Shown: positions 27,569 to 35,993, counted from the first letter of the stretch. The stretch is 41,176 nt of DNA from a virus (IMGVR_UViG_3300020045_000317:1-41176); one strand, 5' to 3'. Made by a program: numbers and translations. Notes: generated by a model not told the origin, from the letters alone.

Positions 27569-27690
27569 CTTGAGACTATCAAGCTTTACCATCGCCAAGC
27601 CCATATCTGCATCATGCAGGTGTGGTCATAGATGGGCGCTAACTCGCTGTAATATACAGCGATGGTAAAGCAACTGATAAATATCTCAAG
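27569..27690 (-). ncRNA. Putative structured RNA of about 120 nt
   Basis: Nested inverted repeats CTTGAGA/TCTCAAG, TATCA/TGATA and perfect 13-bp GCTTTACCATCGC/GCGATGGTAAAGC, enclosing GCCCAT/ATGGGC, CTGCA/TGCAG and an alternative CGCTGTA/TACAGCG. Confidence 0.5.
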
Positions 27691-27732
27691 CATAAGTGCC
27701 AGCAGGTCTAGCAAATAATTATGAGTGTTCAT
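27586..27732 (-). CDS. Possible 48-aa hydrophobic peptide (absent from ORF track)
   Basis: MNTHNYLLDLLALMLEIFISCFTIAVYYSELAPIYDHTCMMQIWAWRW*; AAGAGGAAC RBS right after the tRNA. Confidence 0.5.
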   Translation of the reverse strand: MNTHNYLLDLLALMLEIFISCFTIAVYYSELAPIYDHTCMMQIWAWRW

Positions 27733-27751
27733 TAGTTCCTCTTGTTTAATT

Positions 27752-27827
27752 TGGTGCAGTTGACGAGATTCGAACTCGTATTGGTAGCTTAGGAGGCGAC
27801 CGTTCTATCCTGTTGAACTACAACTGC
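27752..27827 (-). tRNA. tRNA-Arg, anticodon CCT (reads AGG)
   Basis: 76 nt cloverleaf: acceptor GCAGTTG/CAACTGC plus ACCA, D arm GTTC/GAAC, anticodon loop CT-CCT-AA (one C-T mismatch in the stem), T arm ACGAG-TTCGAAT-CTCGT. Confidence 0.95.
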
Positions 27828-27841
27828 GATAATATATCATA

Positions 27842-27883
27842 AAGCACTAATACCACATTTGAGTGGATATTACATAAGTGCTT
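27842..27883 (-). other. Imperfect hairpin between promoter and tRNA, putative RNase III site
   Basis: AAGCACT/AGTGCTT, AATA/TATT and CCAC/GTGG arms. Confidence 0.55.
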
Positions 27884-27895
27884 GAGTTATATTAT

Positions 27896-27913
27896 CTATT
27901 AGGCAACCTAATT
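27896..27913 (-). promoter_or_regulatory. Phage RNAP promoter (tRNA cassette)
   Basis: AATTAGGTTGCCTAATAG-ATA, exact consensus. Confidence 0.9.
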
Positions 27914-28685
27914 AGAACTCTTGGTCAGGAACCAGAGCTTCAGATGGTGCAGCTGCACCTGTAGTGCTTGGGCCGTTAGTACCAGATGTTTCAGGTGTTG
28001 AACCATCAGTGCCTGTCTGCTTACCTTCCTTGGTTTTCGCTGTATAGCGTTCCTTATCGCTATCATAGATTTTCTGAATCAGAGCTTGACAAGGGTGAGT
28101 ACCCGCCTTGAACTCTTCAGTCTGCATAACAATCTTTGCAAACTCAAGTGTAGGGTGCAGGTAAGCTAGGGCTTCCTCTGTCAACTCTGACTCTTTCAGG
28201 AAACCCACTGGTTTTTCAAGTGCAGCAAATGCTGGTGCAGATGCCATCAACTCAAGGGTATCTTCTGGGATAACACCCATAGATTTGAAGTTGATGTACT
28301 TCGGCTTACCGTCTTCACCTACTTCCTTACCACCAGTAAGCTCCAAAGCAAATAGTTCATTCACCATTGTGCTGAAACCTTTATGCTTGGACATACCACC
28401 CATTGCTGGAATGAATGACTTGTGCAGGAATGATTTATCACCAGACTTCAAAGAGAAGTCATGAGTAAAGAACATGGGCTCACCAGCTTCAGTCTTGTCG
28501 GCTTTACCCAACAGGTGGAAGATGGCAATAGCATGTGGTGCAGGGGGCTTTGGTTTACCTTGATACTCACCAGCAAACGTACCAATACGTAGCAGGCCAA
28601 ACAAGCGGGCATTGCGTGGGCCTTCCTTTGGGTTCTCAAACCCTGAAGCCTTGGCAATCTCACCACCATAATCAAAATCAGACAT
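27912..28685 (-). CDS. Probable ssDNA-binding / replication protein
   Basis: Beta-rich core, flexible Thr/Gly/Ser/Pro linker and acidic tail ending PDQEF; has its own promoter, just downstream of the DNA polymerase gene. Confidence 0.65.
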   Translation of the reverse strand: MSDFDYGGEIAKASGFENPKEGPRNARLFGLLRIGTFAGEYQGKPKPPAPHAIAIFHLLGKADKTEAGEPMFFTHDFSLKSGDKSFLHKSFIPAMGGMSKHKGFSTMVNELFALELTGGKEVGEDGKPKYINFKSMGVIPEDTLELMASAPAFAALEKPVGFLKESELTEEALAYLHPTLEFAKIVMQTEEFKAGTHPCQALIQKIYDSDKERYTAKTKEGKQTGTDGSTPETSGTNGPSTTGAAAPSEALVPDQEF

Positions 28686-28710
28686 TTAAATTTACTCCAG
28701 AAATTATTAT

Positions 28711-28728
28711 CTAGTAGGCAACCTTATT
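28711..28728 (-). promoter_or_regulatory. Phage RNAP promoter
   Basis: AATAAGGTTGCCTACTAG-ATA. Confidence 0.85.
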
Positions 28729-28993
28729 TCAGGCTGTCCAATTCATCTAGCTTACTTGCATGTTTGTTGCGCTTAACTTCCAGCTTGCTTTGTTTGTTGT
28801 TGTGTGCCTGCACAATGGCTGCGCGCATAGCAATGAACAGGTCTTCCAGCTTCGTCAGCTTTGCTTCGATGCTGTCAACAACTTTATCCGTTTTAACTGC
28901 AACATTTACTAAGCCACGCTCATGCTTCTTAACAGCATAAGATGTCAGGCGCTTGTCGAAAGCACGAATAAGTTTTACTAATTTAATTAACAT
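28724..28993 (-). CDS. Hypothetical basic coiled-coil protein
   Basis: 89 aa, AAGGAAC RBS. Confidence 0.72.
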   Translation of the reverse strand: MLIKLVKLIRAFDKRLTSYAVKKHERGLVNVAVKTDKVVDSIEAKLTKLEDLFIAMRAAIVQAHNNKQSKLEVKRNKHASKLDELDSLK

Positions 28994-29005
28994 GTTTGTT
29001 CCTTA

Positions 29006-31579
29006 TTAATGGGTGTCATGCCAGTTATTGCCCAATTTATATTCTCCAGCAAGAGGGCATCGTAGTTTAAGAAGCTTACCAGCTTCAGTCATTGTCTCAG
29101 CAAGTATCTGACCAGCCCTGTGGTATTGACGATTAACAATAATCACACCGCTCTCAGCAGATACTATAGATGGTGCAGACCACATCTTTCCTTCTTCGAA
29201 TAAGACACGTTTCTCTTCAGCACCCCAAACACGCTTGATTGCTTTCTTCTCTGTCTCGTCACCTTCAAGGTGGTATGGCAAAGAATACTGCATCTCAAGT
29301 ACCTCATCTGCTGGCACTTCCATCTGCAACTCATCGTGTACGTTAGCCACAAATGCAGGCCAACCATTACAGTCAAGTGCAACACGCTCACGTATCATCT
29401 GGTTCTCTGCCAAGCACATGCCGTACTTCATACTTAATGAGCCTGTCATTTGCAGCAGCACATTAAGAACTGTATACACAAGAATCTTGCCAGAGTTACG
29501 GCGGATACGCCCCCATCTACCATCGATAGCCTGAAGATACCCTTGCTTAGAGCCAGCTTCCTCACACTTCTTGATAAGGTTAGCCAATGCAGGCAACTCT
29601 TTCTTGAAGCGTGCAACACGTTTCTCCATCTCTTCTACAGATAGACCGCAAACCTTAGCTAGGTTCTTAATACCAGAACCATATAAGAAAGCGTAAATAA
29701 ACGTCTTCGCCATGTCCCTTAATGGCAAACCAGCCAACAACTGATTGTGTGTATGTATGTCACCATTAAGCACAACCTCTTGGTATATAGCATCTGCCAT
29801 GAAGTGAGCAAGCATACGCAACTCAAGACCTGAGCCATCACAGCCTAGTATCTTATACCCTTTGCTGGCTATAAACAGATGACGTAAAGGCCACAGTCCA
29901 CGTGTTGGTATGTTAACTACATTGCGGTGCCGCATACGAAATGTATTGGTGCCTATGGTGAATGCTGTAGCAGGTACACGCCATTCCTCATCCTCTGAGG
30001 TAGGCCATTCACCGACACGAGCATAGAAGTCTTGGGCTTCACAATTCAACTCTTTGTTGAATGCCCTAGCCATAAGACCCCTACACTCACACCTGCCATT
30101 AACCTGCTTAGGCCATACTTTATGCTCTTGGTAATAATCCATATCCTTTGGGTTAAGAATCTGACTACGTCTTGAGCGCAACACAAACCATTTAACGATA
30201 CCTTGCAACCACTCTGGGACATGGCCGTCTCTATCCTCCCATGCAGTAAGGGACTCTTCGTCAATCTTACCAGACCAAGGAGTAGGTGGCATACCATCAG
30301 GATTGTTCTCACGGTCTTCCATGAAAGCTTCATCATTCTCATTGAATGTTACACCACGCCAACCCTGTGGGTACAGCACATACTGTTTGATGTAATCTAT
30401 ATTACCAAGGCCAACGTCTTCATACACTAGTGGCGTATAAGGGCCAGCAACCATAGGGTCTTTGGTATCATTGATATTACCTACCATATCGGGGTAGTCA
30501 GCCTTCAGCTTCTTGTTGTAGTCGCCATTCTTCAGTGTCAAGTTCCACATTGTGGTTCTTGTACCTATACGTTGCTCTGTGTTTGATGCAACGTTCTGAA
30601 GATGCTGGCGCAACCAAGTAACGTCTGCTGTTGGATAAGCCTTAACAAAGGCAGAACAACGGTTCACAACATGCTCATACTTCATAGGCTCAGTGCATAA
30701 GCGCGGTGGAATGTAAGGCTTGATACCTTGGAGGGTTTCTTCCATCAAAACACCAATTGCATTCCAATCAGACCAAGCTTGCTTCATGTCAAGGCGGAAT
30801 CCACGCTGACCCTGACGACCAATTGTCATGGCAACTTGCAGTTCCATCCGATAGGCAGAGTCAATACCCAGACCAGATTGAGGGTTACGGCCCCTACGGA
30901 TTTGCTCTGACCATTCACCATTCATAAGCCAGAAGAACATATCACGTCCGATATGCGCATCTTCTAAGCAACGGTGAATCATGTGGTCAGTGAGTTTTGT
31001 CCAGTCTTCATTGTCTGGCTTATGTCTGCCTATACGGATACCATGAGCTTCAATACTATGTGGCCCTACGTTACCACGTCCCATAGCGAATGCCTGTCCA
31101 GGTGCTTTACGGTCTGGGTTCAGCAACTGACTTAGCAACATAGTGTCCATGCATTTAACTGGGAAGTATCCAACCTGTTCACGGTCTTTACCGCGCCGCT
31201 CAATGTAATTATAGTGCCACTTATCAGGGAAGGTTTTCTCAAAAGCTAGGAAGTCGAAGCCTACACCATTCTGAAATGATATAGCTTCTGCTTCCATCAG
31301 CATCTTGAGTCCATCTAGCAGGTATCCATCCTGCTGTCCTTCATACTCAAGGTGTTCACGTGCATGCGGCATACGCATTTCATACGGGTCAAAGAACACA
31401 TAGTCCTCACCAGTGAATGCGTCAACTATACAGAACGTATGGGCAGAGCTTGAGTCATTGTGCCTTATTGCATTAAGCAGCCCGACCCACTCAGTGTCGC
31501 ATACTAGGAACTTACCTTTACCACTTGGCCTAGCACCAGATGGGTGCATACTTGGATAATACATGAGTGCATCGGGCAT
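29006..31579 (-). CDS. DNA polymerase, family A, with 3'-5' exonuclease
   Basis: ExoI CDTE, ExoII QNGVGFD, motif A DGSGLELR, motif B RDMAKTFIYAFLYG, motif C VHDE. Confidence 0.97.
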   Translation of the reverse strand: MPDALMYYPSMHPSGARPSGKGKFLVCDTEWVGLLNAIRHNDSSSAHTFCIVDAFTGEDYVFFDPYEMRMPHAREHLEYEGQQDGYLLDGLKMLMEAEAISFQNGVGFDFLAFEKTFPDKWHYNYIERRGKDREQVGYFPVKCMDTMLLSQLLNPDRKAPGQAFAMGRGNVGPHSIEAHGIRIGRHKPDNEDWTKLTDHMIHRCLEDAHIGRDMFFWLMNGEWSEQIRRGRNPQSGLGIDSAYRMELQVAMTIGRQGQRGFRLDMKQAWSDWNAIGVLMEETLQGIKPYIPPRLCTEPMKYEHVVNRCSAFVKAYPTADVTWLRQHLQNVASNTEQRIGTRTTMWNLTLKNGDYNKKLKADYPDMVGNINDTKDPMVAGPYTPLVYEDVGLGNIDYIKQYVLYPQGWRGVTFNENDEAFMEDRENNPDGMPPTPWSGKIDEESLTAWEDRDGHVPEWLQGIVKWFVLRSRRSQILNPKDMDYYQEHKVWPKQVNGRCECRGLMARAFNKELNCEAQDFYARVGEWPTSEDEEWRVPATAFTIGTNTFRMRHRNVVNIPTRGLWPLRHLFIASKGYKILGCDGSGLELRMLAHFMADAIYQEVVLNGDIHTHNQLLAGLPLRDMAKTFIYAFLYGSGIKNLAKVCGLSVEEMEKRVARFKKELPALANLIKKCEEAGSKQGYLQAIDGRWGRIRRNSGKILVYTVLNVLLQMTGSLSMKYGMCLAENQMIRERVALDCNGWPAFVANVHDELQMEVPADEVLEMQYSLPYHLEGDETEKKAIKRVWGAEEKRVLFEEGKMWSAPSIVSAESGVIIVNRQYHRAGQILAETMTEAGKLLKLRCPLAGEYKLGNNWHDTH

Positions 31580-31590
31580 GATTTCACCTG

Positions 31591-32226
31591 TTAGAATGGA
31601 CTGTCAGTGTTAATGATTAACCACTTCTTACGCATCTTATCTTTGCGTGCTTCACTTGTGTCTTCACGAATGAAGACTAAACCCGCAGTATCTGGGTGGA
31701 TGTCATTGTGACCATAGAACTCTGGGCCAGTATCCGTATCTTCAAGAACAAACTGGTTAATGTTCGCTTCAAATCTATCAACTAGGTCAACAGCATCTAT
31801 GATGCGATTACCACCACGCAAGTCATTAGGTAGTATGTCTTCATAGAAGATAATATCCACTCCAACATCTGGTAACTTAATGACCCCCCAGAACTGCCTG
31901 TCATCAGAATCAGCACCAGAGGCACCAGATTCTATAGCCTCTTCAGTGTGAATCATACCCTCGAAGTAACCATGTACTGTACCAAACTTACCCTGAAAAG
32001 GGTCAAGCAATTCATTATACATCTTGCCGAAGAGTGTGCGCTCTGCTTCATCATATGGGTGGAAATTATAGACGCATACATCAGCATCCTTGGCATCCAA
32101 TCCATAGTGAATATCGCGTGGCAAGCCGCCAGCAATTACAGATTCAAACAAGAAGCGTTCCAGAAACTTCTGTACATTTTGTGCATTGTCAACCAGCTTC
32201 TGGTTGTGTTTAGAAATAGCTTTCAT
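31591..32226 (-). CDS. Nucleotidyltransferase, CCA-adding/poly(A) polymerase head-like
   Basis: IAGGLPRD......KDAD signature, VDIIF, RFEANINQ. Confidence 0.85.
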   Translation of the reverse strand: MKAISKHNQKLVDNAQNVQKFLERFLFESVIAGGLPRDIHYGLDAKDADVCVYNFHPYDEAERTLFGKMYNELLDPFQGKFGTVHGYFEGMIHTEEAIESGASGADSDDRQFWGVIKLPDVGVDIIFYEDILPNDLRGGNRIIDAVDLVDRFEANINQFVLEDTDTGPEFYGHNDIHPDTAGLVFIREDTSEARKDKMRKKWLIINTDSPF

Positions 32227-33029
32227 AGTTGAGTTACCTTAGTTTGCGTTGAGAAAACCTGTTCAATTTCAGATAGTACACGGACAATACTATATGTATT
32301 TGTTGGCTTGTTACGTGAAGCAGTCTTGGCGTGTTCTTGAGCTAGACGCTGTGTCTTAAACATTACATCATCAGGCGCAAAGATGATGATAGCGAACTTA
32401 CCAACCTCATCCATCTTATCTAGCTTAGCTACTTCTGGGTTACGGTTACGTGATTTTAGCAGGGCAACCCTTTGGTCATTAATACTCCTGAGTAGTGCAT
32501 CTGCTACTTTTAACTCATGAACCCGACTACGTTCTTTCTGAAGTTGTGCCCGCAGGTCATTGACTACACCAGCAAGGAAGTCTTTGTCCTTCTGGAGGTC
32601 ATTTCTGGAATCAATAAGCTGGTCTCTGTCAGCTTGTATGCTGGCAATGTACCCTTCAGCCTTCTGACATGTTGCATTAAGTGCAGACACTTGACCTTTT
32701 AGGTTTTCATTCTCAATGCCTAACATTTCGATAACCGACAGTTGCACAGCTTTCATAGGTGACACACCATATTCTTTTGTCTTCAACACTAAGCCCTGTT
32801 CTACATCACAAAGGTATTGCTGTTCAGACAGAGTGCAGTCTTTCTTGTTTGGCCCACGGTCATACATTACAACGATACCACGGCGCATAGTTCCGCAATG
32901 CCGTACCTTTGGCTGGCGCAACTCATGAGATTTAACAATACCAGAATAGCCGAAACGTTGGCTGCGTTCATTATCATTAACAACACGAGCGCCAATAGGG
33001 AAGATTTCCCAAGTTACAAATGATGGCAT
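32223..33029 (-). CDS. Hypothetical protein with central coiled coil
   Basis: 268 aa; overlaps both neighbours; heptad region around residues 100-190. Confidence 0.72.
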   Translation of the reverse strand: MPSFVTWEIFPIGARVVNDNERSQRFGYSGIVKSHELRQPKVRHCGTMRRGIVVMYDRGPNKKDCTLSEQQYLCDVEQGLVLKTKEYGVSPMKAVQLSVIEMLGIENENLKGQVSALNATCQKAEGYIASIQADRDQLIDSRNDLQKDKDFLAGVVNDLRAQLQKERSRVHELKVADALLRSINDQRVALLKSRNRNPEVAKLDKMDEVGKFAIIIFAPDDVMFKTQRLAQEHAKTASRNKPTNTYSIVRVLSEIEQVFSTQTKVTQL

Positions 33030-33472
33030 TATTTATTCTCCAGTTTGCGTTTGGCATCAGCCCAATATTTCCATAATGCACGCATCTTGCGCACCTCTGG
33101 TAGTTGTGTTACTACGTGGTCAGCTAACAAGTAGGCATGGCAACCAAGTTTTGGGTGCATAAACGTAACAGTAAAGTATTCAGCGTTTGTCCAGTCAATT
33201 TTAACCTTGATGAACTTGCCAATGTACTGCATGTAATCACCATAGAATGAACTGCAAGCATCTAACCATTCAATAGCTTTGTTGCCAGCTTTGATACGGA
33301 CAGTGTATTCCTTGTCCATAACTTCAGCAATTCTGTCAACTTGTGCTTGAAACTCAGCAAACCTTTTTGATTTTGCGCTAATAATATCTTGTGCAAATAC
33401 ATCACCAGCATAAGCTAACTGGAGTAGGTGGTCATAATCAAGGGTATTGTACCCTTCTGGGGTATTGTTCAT
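33029..33472 (-). CDS. Hypothetical protein
   Basis: 147 aa, directly after a promoter; TAATG coupling to the next gene. Confidence 0.72.
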   Translation of the reverse strand: MNNTPEGYNTLDYDHLLQLAYAGDVFAQDIISAKSKRFAEFQAQVDRIAEVMDKEYTVRIKAGNKAIEWLDACSSFYGDYMQYIGKFIKVKIDWTNAEYFTVTFMHPKLGCHAYLLADHVVTQLPEVRKMRALWKYWADAKRKLENK

Positions 33473-33496
33473 AAGTAATCCAAAGGTTAATGTTAT

Positions 33497-33514
33497 CTAG
33501 TAGGCTACTTTATT
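33497..33514 (-). promoter_or_regulatory. Phage RNAP promoter (variant)
   Basis: AATAAAGTAGCCTACTAG-ATA, intergenic. Confidence 0.72.
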
Positions 33515-33528
33515 AACCTACTATAGTT

Positions 33529-33546
33529 AGTAACACGCGTGTTACT
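33529..33546. repeat. 18-bp palindrome AGTAACACGCGTGTTACT, copy 2
   Basis: Intergenic; 2 nt after the primase/helicase stop and 14 nt upstream of a promoter. Confidence 0.92.
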
Positions 33547-33548
33547 CT

Positions 33549-35630
33549 TTAGAATTCCTTAGCCCCATCATCTACTGGAATATCAGTCGGCTTAGATGCA
33601 GCTATAGGTTTACCTCTATTGCTATTACGTTCGCCTGTATCGAACTGCTCACGTTCACGCTGCTCATTATCACCTGCCTGCTTCTTACCTACTTCAGGCA
33701 ACTCATGCACACCGAGCAATTCTGTGTACTTCCCAGTACGCACATCTTTCTCTGCAACTACAGTGCTACCAACCATATGACCAATGCCACGGTTCTTCAA
33801 GTTACGATAGAGTGTAATGCACTTATTGCGGAAGGTTGTAGCCATAGTGTTACGCTCAATGCTCCAGACTGCATTGGCCCAGAAGGTGATAGTACCAGCA
33901 CCACGGAAGTCTGATTCATATACCTCACCGCCCATCGTATGTGGCACACGTGTCCTTGCATCAACTTTAACAAGGTGAGAGAGAAGGAAGATATTAACAG
34001 GGTTCTCATCTTTGAATGTACCAAGGCGCTTCATGGTCTCATCAATCGCCGTAACACCCTTAGATGTATTTCCCTTATCATCTTTGTGCTCAAATGCTGT
34101 GAGGTTATCTATGACAAAGTACTTAAAGCCTAATGCCATTGCTTCTTCCATCACTTGAAGCACTGAGTCAACATCCTTACTACCGCCAAGGTCAGCAATG
34201 CGCAACCGGTCTGTGCTATCAAGTAAGTCCAATGCATCATCGAGATCTTTCTGTGTGTAATCACGTGCAGGGTTGTACTCGAAGCCCTCTTCTATTTCCC
34301 ATTCACCTTGCGGTGGACTATTAAAGTCCTTACCTACCAGCATACCAGCAAATGTACGAGCTACTTCATCTGTCTGGTTCTCTAGATAGATAACCATGAC
34401 ATCGTGACCTTGCTCCATGAGATTGTGAACATGAGCTTGAGTAGTATCAGTCTTACCAACACCAGTACCAGCACCCCATACGCTTAGGTAATATAGGCGA
34501 ATGCCGTATGTGATAGGGTTAAAGCCTTTCAGCCAATACTTCTCGCCCATCTCAACCATAGTACGGGCCTTGTCTTTAACCTGAGCTACTGATTTAATCT
34601 TGGCATTGATTGTGGGCTCTGTTGCAGAGAACACAGCACTGGTGAACTCACTATCACGACCCGCAAGCAGGCAGGCATTAGCATCCTTACACCCTTTAGG
34701 GTACACAAGCCACTTGCTTTTACCTCTGAAGAGTTTGCTTGCTTGGCGTACCATCGCTTGACCTGTATCATCAGCATCAAAGGCCCAGATTATTTCCTTG
34801 AACTGGTCAAGTTGGTCTTTGTTATCTATCAGCTCTTGGATGCAATTCTCACCCTTATTTACAGAGCAGACATAGAATTTCTTCAATCCATCAAGGTTAG
34901 TACGGGTGCCAATACTTTCAATATTGTTCAGTTCTTTGACAAGCATCTGCTGTGCAGCCATGCAGTCAGGCTCACCACCAACAACTAGAAGTTTGTACTT
35001 CTTCTGCCCAGAGTCAGCGACATCTTTCCAAGTTGACATGCCAAAGAGGTCTTGTGCTCCATGCAATTTACCAAGGTGCCCAAAGTTAAACCCTTTCGGT
35101 AATGTCCTACACTTGGCCCCAACTACTACACCTTGCTCATACCGTGGATAGTAGTGACGTACTACCTGCTTTGCATCATTGTGACCAACACGCACATTAT
35201 AAAAGGCAGCAACCGCACCATGAATGCCACGGTCAACTAGATGTGTCTTGCGTAATTGGTCGAACCATTCAACCTCACGTTCCCATTCTGCGTGCAGCGC
35301 CTCTCTCTCATCACTGTTCAGGACAGCATACCTGTCTATGCCTCGCATCCCAGAAAGCGCAAGCTGTCGCAGCAGTGGGTCTTTTAATCGACCTTCAGTT
35401 TCCATATCACGGAACTCACCCACCGTGTACTGAATATCGCCATTAATAGGAAGGTCAGATAAAGCTGGAGCTGTTCCTGCCTTTTCATAATAAGGCTTGC
35501 CGTCTGCATGGAAATGCTTTCTGGAGCAATAGCCGCCGCCATCATCAAATCGGATAAGGTGACTGCCAGTTTTGTCATGGCCCGCCTTTCTGCACTCAGG
35601 GCATGGCTCATTTCTTATAATGTGTGACAT
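33549..35630 (-). CDS. DNA primase/helicase
   Basis: Zn-binding CPEC, TOPRIM VGGEPD / FDADDTG / KDAN, Walker A GAGTGVGKT, VIDNLT, LLSHL, DFRGAG (T7 gp4 family). Confidence 0.96.
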   Translation of the reverse strand: MSHIIRNEPCPECRKAGHDKTGSHLIRFDDGGGYCSRKHFHADGKPYYEKAGTAPALSDLPINGDIQYTVGEFRDMETEGRLKDPLLRQLALSGMRGIDRYAVLNSDEREALHAEWEREVEWFDQLRKTHLVDRGIHGAVAAFYNVRVGHNDAKQVVRHYYPRYEQGVVVGAKCRTLPKGFNFGHLGKLHGAQDLFGMSTWKDVADSGQKKYKLLVVGGEPDCMAAQQMLVKELNNIESIGTRTNLDGLKKFYVCSVNKGENCIQELIDNKDQLDQFKEIIWAFDADDTGQAMVRQASKLFRGKSKWLVYPKGCKDANACLLAGRDSEFTSAVFSATEPTINAKIKSVAQVKDKARTMVEMGEKYWLKGFNPITYGIRLYYLSVWGAGTGVGKTDTTQAHVHNLMEQGHDVMVIYLENQTDEVARTFAGMLVGKDFNSPPQGEWEIEEGFEYNPARDYTQKDLDDALDLLDSTDRLRIADLGGSKDVDSVLQVMEEAMALGFKYFVIDNLTAFEHKDDKGNTSKGVTAIDETMKRLGTFKDENPVNIFLLSHLVKVDARTRVPHTMGGEVYESDFRGAGTITFWANAVWSIERNTMATTFRNKCITLYRNLKNRGIGHMVGSTVVAEKDVRTGKYTELLGVHELPEVGKKQAGDNEQREREQFDTGERNSNRGKPIAASKPTDIPVDDGAKEF

Positions 35631-35633
35631 GCC

Positions 35634-35777
35634 TTAATCCGCCTGTGCTGAATTGTCCGGTGTACGGCCAGCATTTCTATGCTTGGCATTACGCTCTGCG
35701 TCACGTTGGCGTTTAAACGCCTTCTTGCCGTCCTTTGGTTTACGGTTGTGGTGCATACGCTCATCAACATTTGACAT
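35634..35777 (-). CDS. Small basic protein (T7 gp1.1-like), 47 aa
   Basis: Start revised to MSNVDERM (35777); Arg/Lys-rich; first gene after RNAP and promoters. Confidence 0.65.
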   Translation of the reverse strand: MSNVDERMHHNRKPKDGKKAFKRQRDAERNAKHRNAGRTPDNSAQAD

Positions 35778-35806
35778 ATTTAATTTCTCATTTTGGTTAG
35801 TGGTAT

Positions 35807-35824
35807 CTATTAGGTCACTGGAAT
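35807..35824 (-). promoter_or_regulatory. Phage RNAP promoter (variant)
   Basis: ATTCCAGTGACCTAATAG-ATA; 3' half conserved, 5' half divergent. Confidence 0.62.
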
Positions 35825-35825
35825 T

Positions 35826-35843
35826 AGTAACACGCGTGTTACT
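35826..35843. repeat. 18-bp palindrome AGTAACACGCGTGTTACT, copy 3
   Basis: Intergenic; 1 nt upstream of the promoter at 35807-35824. Confidence 0.92.
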
Positions 35844-35857
35844 TTTCTGAAGGGCGG

Positions 35858-35891
35858 AAACAGAAAAGCCCACCTGAATAAACAGATGGGC
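35858..35891 (-). terminator. Hairpin terminator downstream of origin-like promoters
   Basis: Minus strand GCCCATCTG-TTTATT-CAGGTGGGC-TTTTCTGTTT; contains ATCTGTT. Confidence 0.75.
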
Positions 35892-35975
35892 CATTTCATG
35901 GAAGCTACTAGAAGTTTCTTATTCTTTCTAATTATTTCTTATTCTTCTATTTCTTTCTTGCTCTTTCTCTTGCTC

Positions 35976-35993
35976 CTATTAGGCAACCCAAAC
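35976..35993 (-). promoter_or_regulatory. Phage RNAP promoter
   Basis: GTTTGGGTTGCCTAATAG-GAG. Confidence 0.78.

Noticed and set aside
29006-31579. Modified-base (e.g. Z-genome) polymerase, or intein/intron
   Set aside because: No PurZ, dATPase or base-modifying genes are seen; the ORF is uninterrupted with standard family A motifs.
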